NCBI RefSeq assembly: GCF_018977255.1
Contig: NW_024704742.1
Location: 89,964,001 to 90,028,000, forward strand
Length of the DNA: 64,000 bases
Source of the DNA: Callorhinchus milii
Taxonomy: Eukaryota
Direction of reading: 5' to 3'
The position numbers and the translations under genes are program-made. Under the pieces are notes generated by a model. It made no database searches. It saw only the letters and a program-made list of their open reading frames with translations, and was not told the DNA's origin. Shown in pieces: positions 34,743 through 48,690 of the stretch (position 1 is the first letter of the stretch; each line of letters starts with the position of its first letter).

Positions 34743-37700
34743 TATGTGGATCACAATATCTGTTTTGTGCCACTAAACCCAAATTTCCTTATGAACTCAA
34801 TGCAGAGGTTGACATATTGGGGTACATTTTGAGATATTCTTAACAAGTTCCTTGTCTTAATTAACATAAGGAATGGATTAAAGAGCGTCACAAGTTTCTT
34901 CCTAATTTCTTTACTTAACACAGCTCTCGCTAATGGAGCATAACTGTATTTACTGTGTGGCTGCTAGTCTACAATCGTTTTGATTGTGCCTGGGCTGTTC
35001 AAAAGCATCCAACTTTGTACTTGTGCAGAGCACTGAACTTGTACGTTGGATTGTTAATGCTACTGCGTGCAATTGGATCTGAAATATCATTAAAAAAAAT
35101 GTGCATTGATATAAATAAGGTTCAATAGTTCAGTCACACAACAGACACAGTACCAGTTTGGGACAAGCTTCCCTCTTACCTCAGTCATATAACTATAGTT
35201 TACCTGGGCAGTTCAGATTTAGAGACAAAGCATGTGAACTGCTTTCTCATACTGCTACACTGTATGTTGCAAAGTGAACTCCTTATATTCATAATCTTCT
35301 TCAGAGGCACTGTCTGACCCCTTTTAAACTGTCGGCTCTTCACTATCAAAGACATCAATCGACCAATTAATCGACCAGTGAAATATTTCTGGAGCAGAGA
35401 TCAGCAGGAATTCTAAAGGCATTCCTTATTGATCCTAGTGAGAATCTTGCCAGACAATGCTCTCAATGGAAAACAATGTGGTTTTAGCTGGTTAAAGTCC
35501 AGCAGTACTCCAACGCACACGCTGGGGTTCCCAAGCCTTGCCGCTTGCCAACTTGCTCCTAATACTCTCTGGAATTAGGTAAACAAGGATGCATCCCTCC
35601 AGGGAGAGAGTGCGCATTCCATTCCAAACACATGCAAATTTCCACATGTAGGTGGTATACATATGTAGAACTCTCAGTTTGGTTTGGATACTCTCAAGCA
35701 TACAGATGAGTTTCAGGAGTTTCCTAAGAAATCTTTCAAAAAATAATCTTAATTTTGCAGTAGTTCTTAATGTGGTTATCGAGAAACACCACAAAATAAA
35801 AACTAACTGGAAAGCTGAGCTCTGCTTAAACATTGCGAGCAAATCAGGAGAATAACTCCAGGCTTCAGGCACATGCTATTTTCTTGCATGCACCAGTTTG
35901 ACCCAATGCTTTGTACATCTTAGTTTGGAGTTTGAGCTTAACATTGCTTTGTTTTCTTTGGCACAATATCATTGACCACTGGGTCATTAACTCCGCTTGT
36001 TAATGAGCATGAAAGAGTCTGGTCTTATCGCGCAGATATCACTCCCCAAACTTCCTCCATTAATTAAGCCCCCTCCCCCCTTTATTTCCTTAATAAACAA
36101 ATAAAGAGAACATTACAGAGAGAGAGGGCAGCCAATGATTTAGTACCTTGTCTCTGCTGGAATAGCAAACAATCACAAACTCAAATAAATGTCAAACCAA
36201 AAAGCAATTCAGCCGGTGAATCTATAAACAATTGACAGCTCTAACAATCTGACCTCAATATATTTGGCATGACAAACAATACATTTTAATAACAGGCGTA
36301 ATGAAATTTTGCTGTCAATCAACAGCCTTATAGCAAGTTCGCTGAGCAGCTTGTGTGTTTATCATCAAACCCAACCTTACGATAAGGGTTTAGAACCCCG
36401 GTGTGTTACAACAGTTAATGATAATATTATTAATAAAATGTGGATGTGGAGGAAATTACTTTTGACTAATAATCCCTCAAAAAAATAATAAATTGGTCAT
36501 TTTCAATTCACGACTGTTTGTGGGACACTGCTGTGCGCAATTGGCTGCCGAGTTTTGCCCATAAATATACAGTCAATTCCCTTTACAGCATATTCTGTGA
36601 AGCGTTTTGAGACATTTAGAAGACATGAAAAGCGCTATATCAAATGCAAGGATTATTATTATTATTATTAAGAGAGGGTAAAGGCAAGGAGCAACGTCCT
36701 GAGTTTTTTGATAAGCTAAACAAGCATGTGATTCCTAACCGGGATCAAAAGAAACAGTTTGGCAATAAGACTGGAGAGAGATGAAACCAATATGTTGCTC
36801 ATACCATTAATGCTAATCCGCTGATCAGTTTGGAATTCAATAATTTTCCTCAGGCACATGGAATAGCTTTTTCCTATGGTCAATCCTGTTGCAAGCAAAG
36901 AACATTCATCTCTAGGCATTCCCATAATAATACTAACAATAATTATAACCTTTGCGTTTGTTATCGTGCCTTTCACGTTGGGAGGACATCTCAAAGTGCT
37001 TCACAGGATTTGCTGTAAAGTGTATCGACTGTGTATTTTGTAGGCGAATGTGGCGGCCAATTGTGCACAGCAAGTTAAAAGCCGAGTGATGGATTGCTGT
37101 TTGCCAGCGACTAAAATTCCTCACTGAACCGGGCTGTCAGAAATAATCTTAGGAACAGGACATCTTTACAGCATAGTTTTTTTAAAAAAAGAAATAAAAC
37201 AAAGGAATTGGTTAGAGAAGCTCTCTTATGGGGACCAGGGTTCAGAAGACGGCACAAATGCCTGCTTGCATTTGAAACGGGCTGAAAATCATTTGTGCAG
37301 ATGTATTATGATAAAAGATGTGAATATTTTGAAAGTAGCGAAGAACGTTCAGTACTCAAAACATTAATATCCAGCTTGGCCAAAGAAAACGTTTCCTTAA
37401 TGGAAGAGCGAGCTTATCAGGAAGAACCAGCCTCATGAGCGACATTCCACAATAAGCTGTCTCCACAGGTCCTATTCATTCTTTCTCTCGTCTGCTGCCT
37501 CCTCACCTCCTCACAATGAATAAAGCCATTCTTTGATGCAATTTATTTTTTCCTCTCTTATATCGTTTGCTCTCTTCTATCACGAACACATTGCTACTGC
37601 CGCCGCCACTGCTTATTCTACTCCATTCGGATCACAGAAAATCATTTGGTGCGCTCGTTTCATGTTAAGGTGTTAGTCTGGCTCAGTTGGTAGCACTCTT

Positions 37701-40009
37701 GCCTGAGTCAGAAGGTTGTGGTTTCAAGACCAACATGTGGACTTTGGGCTCATTGTCTAGCTTTATAATTGTTTGTAGGACATTGCTGTGAGCAAAATTG
37801 GCTGCCAGGTTTGCCTAAAAATTATAAAATCACTATACTGTACAGTAAAATCCTATGAAGCGCTTTGAGATGTTCTGATGACATGAAAGTGTTATAATAC
37901 AGGGATTGTTATTATCATTATTTTAAGTATCACCTGTTGAGCTTTACCACATTTCAGCCAGGTTGACTAGATAGCGTATTGAAGAGTGGATAAAACTTCC
38001 ATCCAGCTTGCGATGGGAGAGCAGTCAAGCCAGGGACAAATCTGCTTCTTATGTATGACATGGCAATTACACTGAAGAAATTCTCTTTCTGAATTGTCTT
38101 GCTCTCCCACCTACAGGAGAATGTGTGATGGTGAATGGCAGTACTGGGGAGGACAAGAGAAAAAATGGAGGATGAAATTTAGGGAATTAAAGAAAAGGTA
38201 ACACTTATATGGATGTATTACCAGTCAAATGATTGACATGCTTTGCCTTTCGGTGTCTTATGATAAGCATTTAATTTGAGGTATGACCCACCATCTTTGT
38301 TCTCCTCCTTATGGAGGGGATGTCCACTTTGCAGAATGAGCTCATTTCACAATTGGGGCATACCCTAATGACAGATGTATATCTTTACATTCCATGGAAA
38401 GTAAAAGAGAGCGTTCCCATTGAAATAACTACTGAATTGAAGTCCCTTTCCAGCCTTATCGGAAATAAATGACAAACAGCTTGTAGGTATGTAGGAAGAA
38501 GTAAATGTGCGGAATATGTGAGTGAGGGGATTCTGATCCTTCTTTCCTCCTCTTGAAGTCTCGTTGACCTCTCTCTCTCTGCTAGTTATCTTTTATGTAA
38601 TTCTGTGCATTTAGAAAATACTAGCATTGCTGCAGTCATCCTTCCTCATTCGTCACAAAATGTAATTTATATTATCATATGTTGGATTCCAGTGATAGCC
38701 CTTGTTTGAAAGTCACCAAACTACAGAACCCCAGAAAGTGATTTTCAATTTTGTTCAAGAAAGATATTCACCATTGCAGTGAAGGAGAGAGAAAGGGGGA
38801 TGAAGAGAGGTGGACAAGGAGAGATAGAGAGAGGAAGAGGGAAAAAAGATGGAGAGCAATACAAAGGAAGAAAGATAAAGGCACAATAGGGAAAAGAGAG
38901 AGAGAGGTTGGTGGAGAGACAGAGTAACAGAGAGGGGGGATTTCTTGACATAGACATGGCCCTTATAGTGTCTACTGATACTACAACAACAACAAGATTA
39001 CATTTGTATAACGCCTTTCAAGTCAGGAGGATGTCCCAAGACGCTTGACAGTGTACAGGATTTTCAGTTTATTGGTCATCCATCTGCAATTGTAACTGGT
39101 AAGGATAGTTTTTCAACCAATGGATTAGGTAATATAAAATGCCAATACTGTCTTTTTTTGTCAGTTTGAAGTAGTGTTAGAGCAATATTCACTCATCAAA
39201 CTATAGTATTTATCTCAAAACTATTATGAGGTTGAGAATACACCAGTCAGCAGTAAGATAAAGCTCCATATTCAGCAAAATGAAAAAAGAAATGCTGGGG
39301 TTTTCTTCTTCCACTTCACCCAGTACTGGAGGAGAGGTTGAAATACCCTGTTGGTAACATTATCCTCTTTGATTGGTGGCAGAGAACACTGTATTGGTCA
39401 TTGGTCTTACCAATTGACACTGGTAAGGATATTTACACATTCAGTGGTCATTGATTCAGCGGTCTCATAAGAGATCTACCATAAGGACATAATCATTGGG
39501 AATGTACCTCTCATATATTTTAGAGTGCTATTTTGAGATCTGAGGGTAAGGCACTCGATAAAATTGGTCAAGCACTTCATGCCTGTTTGTGGAACATTTT
39601 AGGCACAAATTGACTGCAGTGTTGACCTACAAAATACAGTCACTAAACTTTATTAAAAATCCTGTGCTTTAAGATGTTTTCCTGACATGAAAGGCACTTC
39701 ATCTAATGCAAGGATTATTATTATTTGAATTGAAATCAGAGAATGGCATGCGTATCGGGTAGAATTTTAATGGACGGCCTCAGGAAATTTGCGGGAGCTA
39801 GAGTAAAGTTTGAAAGACATGACATTTTTAAACATTATGATATATTAAAACCAGCTACATTTTTATTTTCAACTTGACTTTACTGAACATTTCAAGAACA
39901 CTCAGGACTTCTCCAGATCTGCCCTGTGATGAGATGGTGGTGCAGGGCTTCACGAGTGTCAGGTCACTGTGGTGTACGTCCACTCCCTAATCTTATTCAG
40001 GGATAACCA

Positions 40010-40325
40010 TTAATAAAAATAATCCTTGCATTTGATATAGCACCTTATCACGCCAATGAGACGTCTCAAAGTGTTTCACAGAATATATTGTGAAGTGGAT
40101 TTACTGTGCATTTGTGGCAGCCGATGGCACATAGTAGTGTCCCAAAAACAATTGTGGATTGAGTTTCTTTGGGAGAGATTATTACCCCCAGAAAGTGATT
40201 CACCAATCGACTAGCACCAGGTTCCTACTTACTGCTAGGTAAACTTGCCTTAGGTTTCGCCCTGCTGCGAATCAAACCCAGGTCCTCTCACTTGCGAAGC
40301 GTCATTACTGGCCATCTATAGCCGT
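40010..40325 (-). mobile_element. tRNA-derived SINE, longer subfamily, diverged
   Basis: Tail and internal segment match 48691-49037. Confidence 0.8.
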
Positions 40326-41919
40326 GCTAAAAGGCCACCTGCCATCACTGTTGGACGGTGCATTGCATCCATAGAAAAAAATGAGTTTTAATTCCTTCAG
40401 TTCCAGGAACTGCTCATTGGAGATCATTTTTGCTCAACCAGAAACAAAGCCCAGAATATAGCCGGTCTCCCAAATATCAAAGCTTGAGCGGCAAGCTGGA
40501 ATTTCCTTCTTCTCTTTCCTATCATCTGCCATTGAGTCTCATCTCACACTCTGTTCTCTCTCTCTCTCCTGTCAAGTATCAGCAGGCATCTGCTCTTTTC
40601 ATTTTCACTGAAAATAAATTCCCAGAAAATTTGAAGGGTCACTTCAGTAAAATAATCAGCTTTTTATTAAAAGAGCTGAGTCCATCCTGCAGAGGACCTT
40701 ATCCAGCTGAACCCAGAGAGGGCTGTGAGCTCAGTGTACAACCAGGCAGAAAGTTGTCCCAAATGGCAGATCGCATTTCAAATGCTTCCTGATTCTGGTG
40801 GTAATAGGCAGGGGATGTACGTAAATCATGATGAGTAAGAATGGCATTTCTTTTCGATGCTTTTTCTTGTGGACTTTACAATATTCTGCACTTGGTTGCC
40901 GCGTTTCGCCCACAAATATACAGTCAATTCACTTTACAGTATATTCTGTGAAGCAGTTTGAGACGTCTCGAAGACATATATCAAATGCAAGGATTATTAT
41001 TATTATTTATTAAAAAAAAGATTCTGGCTGAAGAACTAAAGATTCATTACAGACTCATTGACAACAAAAATAAGCATTACACGAATTGTGACCGTGCTCC
41101 AAAGTGGCATGGTTCCAGCTCAGCACACTGTTGCTCAGTGGTGGCAGAATAATGAAAACTCACTGCAGAAGTCGAGAGGACTGGGGTCATGTCTTGTTTA
41201 TGCATGCTGGATGGGGGTACTCGTGTGCCAAAACTAAAGTTACAGAGAATCACAGCATCCGAGCTCATAGCAAACCGCAGCTTCCTTTAGTGTGCACACC
41301 AGTACCACAAACGTAACCTGTAGGTGTTCTCCTGAAAACACACAGTGACCTAACTTTGCAGTCGTTTCCATAAAATGCTTTGTTGTTCTCCCATAGTGAA
41401 AGACTCTGTATCAAATGCAATATTATTATTATTATTGTTTTATTATTTTGACAGCTTCCAAAATATGAACTCTCTTACATACAACATCACTGAGATTGAC
41501 TGTGATTATCGTACTATTAAGAATTGTTGGTTATGTGTTTAACTATTTTTCATTTTTTTTGAGCTAAAACAATAACAATTAACTTGGCAGGATAGCAGAA
41601 GAACTGACCCATTAACAATGATGTATGTTTTGCTCAAACATTACATGTTTGTTAACGAGTACACACGTGTGTTTTGAAGACAATATCTTTTATTAATTGA
41701 GGGAACAAAACACAAGCTATTTTATAGCACTTTATATTTTAAAAGTCTCAAAGATTGTGTTGTTTCTGCTGGGTGTCTCACACATGTGGAAAGCAATCCA
41801 TGACAAAAAATATCCAAACCAGAATGTGAGCTCCACATATGTATAGTACTTACACATGGCATCTTCCCTGTGAATGGAATGCACGCTCTCTATCTCAAGG
41901 AATTTTACAGTGACTATTA

Positions 41920-42262
41920 TCAAGTTCAATGACTGTGTTTTGTAGGCATACTTGGCAGCCATTTTTTCCCACAGCAATGTCCTATAAATAGCTATCAGGT
42001 TATTAAGGCATTCAGTGGATTGTAGCCTAGGTTGATGAAAGAAACTCCCTTCTCTTTTGAAATAGTGCCATGGGATTTTAATGTCAACCTGAGGGCAGGC
42101 AGATGGATCTTGGTTTAATTTCTCATCCAAAGAACTGCATCTCCAAAAATGCATTGCTCCCCAAGAACCAGACTGGAGTGTCAGGCCTAGACTATGAGCT
42201 CTAGTCTCAACACGGTGCTTGAACCTACAACATTCTGAGAGTGCCACCAACTGACCCAAGTT
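41920..42262 (-). mobile_element. Deu-domain SINE
   Basis: Reverse complement contains ggatgagaaattaaacc and atcccatggcactatttc. This explains the 197-aa ORF 41732..42325. Confidence 0.8.
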
Positions 42263-43184
42263 GGCATCAACCACCACCGCAGGGGTCTTATTGAATCTCT
42301 GAAGCATATTTTTGGCTATTATCATAATTCACAGTGGACATTCACATCAACATGTGCATATAGTGGGGTGTGATGATGTCCGCTCTAAATGGTGAATGGT
42401 TGAGTAATAATCTCTAAGACCCTGTTAATCAATTCTCAGGCACAGCACATATATTAAGTAGATTAACTAGGAGGCTGCTCCTAGGGTCAAAACATTTTAT
42501 TTCCTCATTAACAACAGGGTGTAAAATATGATTTTCATAACTTGTCTCCTGCCCCGGGAGCTGGATGTGAGTCGTGCCAACCCTCAGGAACTCTACTGTG
42601 ACACAATCTATTTTGAGTTGCCGGATGACATGGCGGAGTTTGGGTTACCAGCAGGAGCTGCTATTAATGGCAGGCAGCATGGAGCAGTAAGAAAAAGCTT
42701 CATGTCTAGCAGCTATTAATAACTCCTGTTACGAGTTTAGTGTTTTAAGTTCCACTATGCACCCAACAATGCCATTCATGGCAATCTTTTTGCAAATGTT
42801 ATTGAAGCCTTGAAAGAGTTAATATTGAAATAAGGTTTCAGGTATTGGCAAGGATTCTAGGCTGTGAATACAAAATCCTTGTTCGCTGAGCTACAAATAG
42901 AAAATAATGTTTTAAAGACAACTACAGAGTGACAGAACCATACTCTCACATATGCTATAATGTATTTCTATATGCTGTGTATCTGTCTTACTTTAGTTAA
43001 CACTCTTCCATTTATTAGGTGATTTCTCTTTCCTGCACAACCTACTTATACACCAAACACACAAACCAGTGCCCACTTGACTCTGCTCAGACATTACCCA
43101 GTGCCACCCAGCAACCACTCACTGAAAATGGCCTTGGAGAGAATGCCTAAGGCCTTTGTACCCAGCCAGGACAATAATACTGTA

Positions 43185-43615
43185 TTATAAATAATAATCC
43201 TTGCATTTGATGATCTTCAAGATGACATCTCAAAAAGCATCACACAATTTACTGTAAAGTAATGACTGTATTTTGTAAATGAACACAGCAGCTAATTTGT
43301 GCACAGCAAAGTCCCACAAACAGCCATGAAGTAAATGACCAATTTTATTTTGAGGATTGTTGGCCAGGACACCGAGAGGAATAGTAAATTCCTATTTTGA
43401 ATAGTATCATGAAATCTTTAATGTTCATCTGAACAGGACAATGGCACCTTGGTTTAACGTCTCATCCAAAGGACAGCATCTCTGACGATGGAGTACACCC
43501 CCAGCACTGCATTGCAGGGTGAGCCTAAACTATGAGTTGCAAGTTCCGACGTGAGGTTTGAACCCACAACCTTCCTAATCAGAGGTGAGAGCGCTAACAA
43601 CTGAGCCAGGCTAAC
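43185..43615 (-). mobile_element. Near full-length Deu-domain SINE
   Basis: Head cctggctcagttgttagcgctctcacctctga, Deu core ggatgagacgttaaacc, TTA tail. Confidence 0.85.
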
Positions 43616-44589
43616 ATGTACATAATGATGAGCATTAAGGATCGTAGAGATGAAGCTCTCGCTTACCTCTCCAGGGTGCCGGTTGTTGACACAAAAATCC
43701 AGTGAACCATTGAGCCACATAGTCCTTCACTACCTCTTTCATCATCCTTGTTTCAATCAATGTTTATATCATGTTGCTGCATTCTTGTTCAGTGACACAA
43801 AATCTACCTTTGACATTTTCCTTTTGCTTGAGAAGCAAAGTGATGGGATTGACAGCACTAACATTTACCGCACTCCCTGATGCTGTTAACAAGGGCGGGA
43901 AGAACAATGGTCACCACTGTCTGCTGAAAATATTGTTGTTTGCCTATTCAGGGGAACAAGTGCCCCTCAAGCTTGACAGGCAGTGCTTGAAATACTGTGC
44001 AAACCATTCTACAGGCACAGCCACAGAAACTACACTATTTAGCTGTTGAAGTTAAAACTTCAGTTAAGGGAGAGGAAGGCTAGTGTTCGCATATCAGCAA
44101 AAGCATTTTGCTGTTTCAAAATATTCTCCTTGTGTAATGCATTTTGTTAACCATTTATGGGAACACAGAACTCCATTACTCCATTACCGCACATCATACT
44201 TTGAAAGCCGCCTGATTTAATAACTCACCTTGTCTTTTACACACTGCCTTAAGCACTTTTAATGTAACTAATACTGTACCCACAGCTGTATGTAATGTAC
44301 AACTCAACAAGCTTGACTGCAGGATCAGAGGAAAATGTATTGTAACATTAAACCTTTTACAGCCACAAATATACCTCTAAGATATTATTGCACTTTCCCA
44401 CTTAACTAAGAATTACTTTCCCAAAACTGTACACAAAATGCAATTGAATTTCATCTATGACTGTGTGCTCCGTAGTTAAGATATGTTAAATCGAGTAATC
44501 TTTCACATTCTGCACAACAAATGGCACAATTTTAACTCCAAGAAAATATTTTGCTTGATCTTCTATAAGGCTCCCAGTCAAAGCTCCCC

Positions 44590-44996
44590 CGACATCTCAG
44601 CTGGTAAAGCCACTGCCAAGGGTATGCTGAAAGAATCAACTATCAGGTTCAATCTGCTCTGGGTGGGATGCTCTGAGCTGGGAGAGGAGCTTTTGAGGTA
44701 CTGGAATTTGTTTCAGCACCTCTGGGCTAGGGAAGGAAAAAATCAGCTTGGTTTCCCTGATCACTAACCAGTCAGTTCCTTAAAAATATTTGTGTGTAAA
44801 CATTTAGAAAGGACAGTGCTGAGTTCAGCTGTGATGCCCCACCCTTCGTTCCCTTCATCTCTCCCTTTCTCTCTCTCTCTCTCTTGTGTACCTTCTCCCT
44901 CTATCTACCTGTCCCCCTCCCCTCTTCCCCCTCAAGTGCAATGGCCTGCTGACGTTCACTGCCTAGATTCGTGTGTAAGAGTTGCCACTTGGCCAG
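44590..44996 (+). mobile_element. LF-SINE-like element with an internal CT-rich microsatellite
   Basis: ctgggctagggaaggaaaaaatcagc...cctgatcactaaccagt...cagctgtgatgcccc...gcctgctgacgttcactgcctag resembles the LF-SINE consensus as recalled. Confidence 0.7.
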
Positions 44997-45295
44997 ACAA
45001 AAAGGAACAGACAGTTGGACAGGATTAGAAGAAACAAATTTTGTTTTTGAAAAGAAATATAAGCTGAAGATTTGTGACAGTGGATGACATAAACTGCATT
45101 ATTATTCCCATGAGGTAAGAACAATGATATTCCCGAGCCACGTCCTGTTCTTTAATTAAGGCATTCTGAACACATTCCATTCCGTAATTGAAGAACGGAA
45201 TGTCTTTAGGGGATAAAAACCTACAATTTTGGCCCTTTCGTTTCTAATAGTTAAGAAGCTCAAAACAATTCCCACGATTTGTACAGGGTTATTAC

Positions 45296-45425
45296 CTCGG
45301 TGGGCAAGGCTCCAGGTTGCAGGCTTTCAGGAGTTGTGGTGGACGGCGGTGGATCATACAAAGACTTTCGATGACAGTCTCTCGGGTTTGCTTGTTCAGG
45401 CAAACCACAACTGCCTCTTGAACGC
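45296..45425 (-). CDS. ADAMTSL1: ADAMTSL1 internal exon, 130 bp: GVQEAVVVCLNKQTRETVIESLCMIHRRPPQLLKACNLEPCPPR
   Basis: Acceptor ccttcag|GC, donor AG|gtaata. Completes a TSP1 repeat in frame with both neighbouring exons. Confidence 0.96.
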
Positions 45426-45502
45426 CTGAAGGAGGGAAAGAAAAGCATATGCATCAAAACATTGTCAGGAAAGGAATTTGGGGCACTGCATGACTGGGTA
45501 GT

Positions 45503-45846
45503 CAATAATAATCCGTACATTTGATAATAGCGCCTTATCACGTCGTTGAGATGTCTCAAAGCATTCACAGAATATATTGTAAAGCGGATTGACTGTGTAT
45601 TTTGTGGGAGCAACGTGGCAGCCAATTGTGCATAGCAATGTCCCAGAAACAGTCGTAGACTGAGTGACCACTTTTTTTTGAGGGATTATTAACCCCAGAA
45701 AGCGATCTGCCAATTGACTGACAACTGGGCTCTTACTTACTGTTAGGTAAACAGAGGTGGTGCTCAAGGTTTTGCCTCGCCTGGGAATCGAACCCAGGAA
45801 CTCTCACTTGTGAGGTGAACTCGCTAACCACTATTGCTACAGGACT
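45503..45846 (-). mobile_element. tRNA-derived SINE, longer subfamily
   Basis: Head cctgtagcaatagtggttagcgag...gggttcgattccc, internal ctctgtttacctaacagtaag segment, TTA tail. Confidence 0.85.
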
Positions 45847-47119
45847 TTAATAAAAGATGTTATGAGTGGTGATTATATACCAGGAAAACTTTCAGAGTGC
45901 ATTTCACTGCATCATCCATTCCCCTCTTTTCACAGAAAAGGCATAGAATTTAAGAACAGCAAAACACCGTTGAGGGTGAAGAGGACACTGAAATGCTTCC
46001 ACAATGTTAAATGATCGTTAGCCACAAAGAAAATGAGTACTTCTTTATTTTCAAATTAAAAAGCATCGTTAACTTGAACGGTTAAAACTTTTGTCATCAG
46101 TCTTACTTTCACTTATAGAATTAGCAAGAACAAGTTAACAATATATAACATCAATATGTGTCAATAACCAAGGCTTGTGACTTGGAGGTAAATATTATAA
46201 GACTGTATTTTTGAATAATATTGAAGTCATTACTTTTTTAGGATGTATTATCTAGAACTACACAATGCACATAAATTGGAACTTGGGGGACAAGGGTGTT
46301 AGAGGGTTTGGTGAAAATGCTGGGAATTGGGATTAGAACAGATGGCTTCAATGAAGGAGCAAACTATGATACTAATAATAAAATCAAACGGCCTCCTAGT
46401 CAAGGTCTTCTATGGTTCTGTGGGTAAAGCATGCCTACATTACAATCGGTTATTGAGAACGATTGAAGTCTTCTTTCAGAAATGGATTATGTCAAAGGAA
46501 CTAAGTGTGAAGAGGAATGAACTAATCATCGACATGTCATCCCATCTGCATGGAATGAGGGACTGCCAGTATTTGGATACTTGCGAAAAACGGAATTGTT
46601 TCATGACATGCAATGACAATTGCAGCCGCTCTAATGAATGAGTGGAGGCCAAGTCACTAACCAGATCCTTCTGAGTTGTACTTCTGCGAGGTCAGAGGTT
46701 GCTTCAGCAATATCAAATTCCACATCTGGAGACGGTAAAGCATGTACTTACATTGACCTGTGTGTGTGTGCGCACCATTGTCTATGTTCAACCAATATAC
46801 CAATCATTTTTTTAAACTCTCCATGAGGTAGTCAGGAAAACAAAAGGTCACACCCAACAGAATTCCAATACTCCTATAATTACTTTGAGAGGAGCTCATA
46901 CACCAGCACTCAGTCTCTCACAAAATCTGGAGAAAATCAATATTTTCAGATTTAAGTTTAAATTGATATTAGATTGTGAATTAGTTTACTTTTCAATGAT
47001 AATGACAAACTGGCATCTATCTGATCACATAAAAGTTACAGTCAGTGTAAAGAGACCTTGTTGTGGGTTTGTTCCGTATTTTACTTGCCTAAGTGGTCAT
47101 TATTCATGTATGAATTGAC

Positions 47120-47350
47120 AGGATGTTTTGACCACGTGGGGAAAACCACAGTAAATTTGTCCTCATCTGACCATCCACACATGTGCACTTTCCAGCACGG
47201 GTCACTACATAGTGATCCATAGTGAGAACCCTGGCTGATTTTTCCCTTCCAACCTTGGCATCTCAAGCCAATGGAAGAGCCTTCACTGCTATTGGGGCAC
47301 GTATCAACTAGCTCAACGCACACGTCAAATGAAACATGTGACCTACTATT
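47120..47350 (-). mobile_element. LF-SINE-like fragment
   Basis: Reverse complement reads gggaaaaatcagccagggttctc...gtgacccgtgctggaaagtgcacatgtgtgg. Confidence 0.72.
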
Positions 47351-47464
47351 CTGTCTGACCAGTGCTTTACTAGGTCTGTAAGGGGGGAAGCTACTTTTAG
47401 TTTGAAATTCCTGCTTCCTCAGTACATGTTTGCAGTTAGAGGAGGAATGTAGGACATTGCGTTA

Positions 47465-47852
47465 GATGGCAATAAAAAGAGATCATCAGATATATTCAGG
47501 ATTAAGCGGGGGAAAAACAGAATCAAAGGATTTAAAGATAAGAGGGGGATATTGTTCTCAGTATATTTTTTGTTTGGAGATTCATTAGATACAAAAGTGA
47601 AAGGATAGTTCAGGATAAATGTTTTTACAGAGAGTTGTTGGGACGTGGAATGACCTGCCAAGTAAGGTGTAGAAGCAGAGTCCATTGTGGGTTTTAAGGG
47701 AAGGAGATAACCACAAGAAAAGAAAAGGCTTGAAAGGATATGGGATATGGCAGGATAGTGGAATTAAATGCACAGCTTGTTCTGAGAGCTGGCACAGGCT
47801 CAATGGTCTGAATTACCTCCTTCTATACCGTAATTTTCTATGATTCTATGAT
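47465..47852 (+). mobile_element. CR1 LINE 3' end, about 40 bp from an exon donor
   Basis: tttttacagagagttgttgggacgtggaatgacctgcc and an 8-mer tail ttctatgattctatga. Confidence 0.85.
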
Positions 47853-47893
47853 ACACGTTCATCTGGTATAGGCATACTGTTCAGACATCTTAC

Positions 47894-48195
47894 CTCCTGC
47901 ACATGACTCCGAGCACTCTGTGAAACCCTTGTACTCCCAGTCGTACAGTTCATCAAAATCCTGCAGGGCGGTATACAATAGATCTGTCTCTGCAAGGTCA
48001 TATTCTACTGTTTCCCCACCGCACGGTCCAGTATAGCAAGCCCGTTCCGTCTGGGGTCTGTTGCCATCACACTCATCATCAGGTAGGTCCTCCACTGACT
48101 GAGAAAAGGACAGGAGCACTTGGCATTTCACCTTGCGAGTCTGAGTGCCCGCTCCACAGGTGGTGCTGCATGGGAGCCATGGCTCTGGAATAAAG
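47894..48195 (-). CDS. ADAMTSL1: ADAMTSL1 internal exon, 302 bp: TSP1 repeat FIPEPWLPCSTTCGAGTQTRKVKCQVLLSFSQSV...LQDFDELYDWEYKGFTECSESCAG
   Basis: Lies within ORF 47859..48230. Acceptor ttcag|C, donor G|gtaaga. The CQVLLSFSQSV and LQDFDELYDWEY motifs are characteristic of ADAMTSL1. Confidence 0.97.
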
Positions 48196-48690
48196 CTGAA
48201 CACACAAAGCATCCATGTCAGCAATACCAACCTTCGTTTATATAAGACCTAGCTACATCAAAGCATCGCTCAAAACGCTTAACAATGTAATAATAATAAT
48301 CCTTGCATTTGATACAGCGCCTTATCAAGTCGTCAAGACGTCTCAAAGTGCTTCACAGGATATACTGTAAAGTGGTGTGAGTGTGTATTTTGTGAATATA
48401 CAATGGGAAGGGTAGACACCAAAGAAGAAATGTAAGATATTTATACAAAAATAATGGACATAGGAAGATAGGAACAGGACAAGCCTTTTCAGCCTATTGA
48501 ACATGTTCTGCCTGTTCATTAAAACATCACAGAACTTTTAAAACTGCTTCCTCACCTTTTCTCCACACCTCTTAATAACCTTAATTCTCAAGTACAGTAC
48601 CTACCTATCTGCCTTTTAAATATCCCAATATTAAAAGGAGATACAAACTCAGGAATAAGGTCATGAAGAGATATTGTAGAATTTTAAGAG

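Noticed and set aside
41732..42325. 197-aa ORF
   Set aside because: A chance open frame through a Deu-domain SINE and an unclassified repeat, with no domain similarity.
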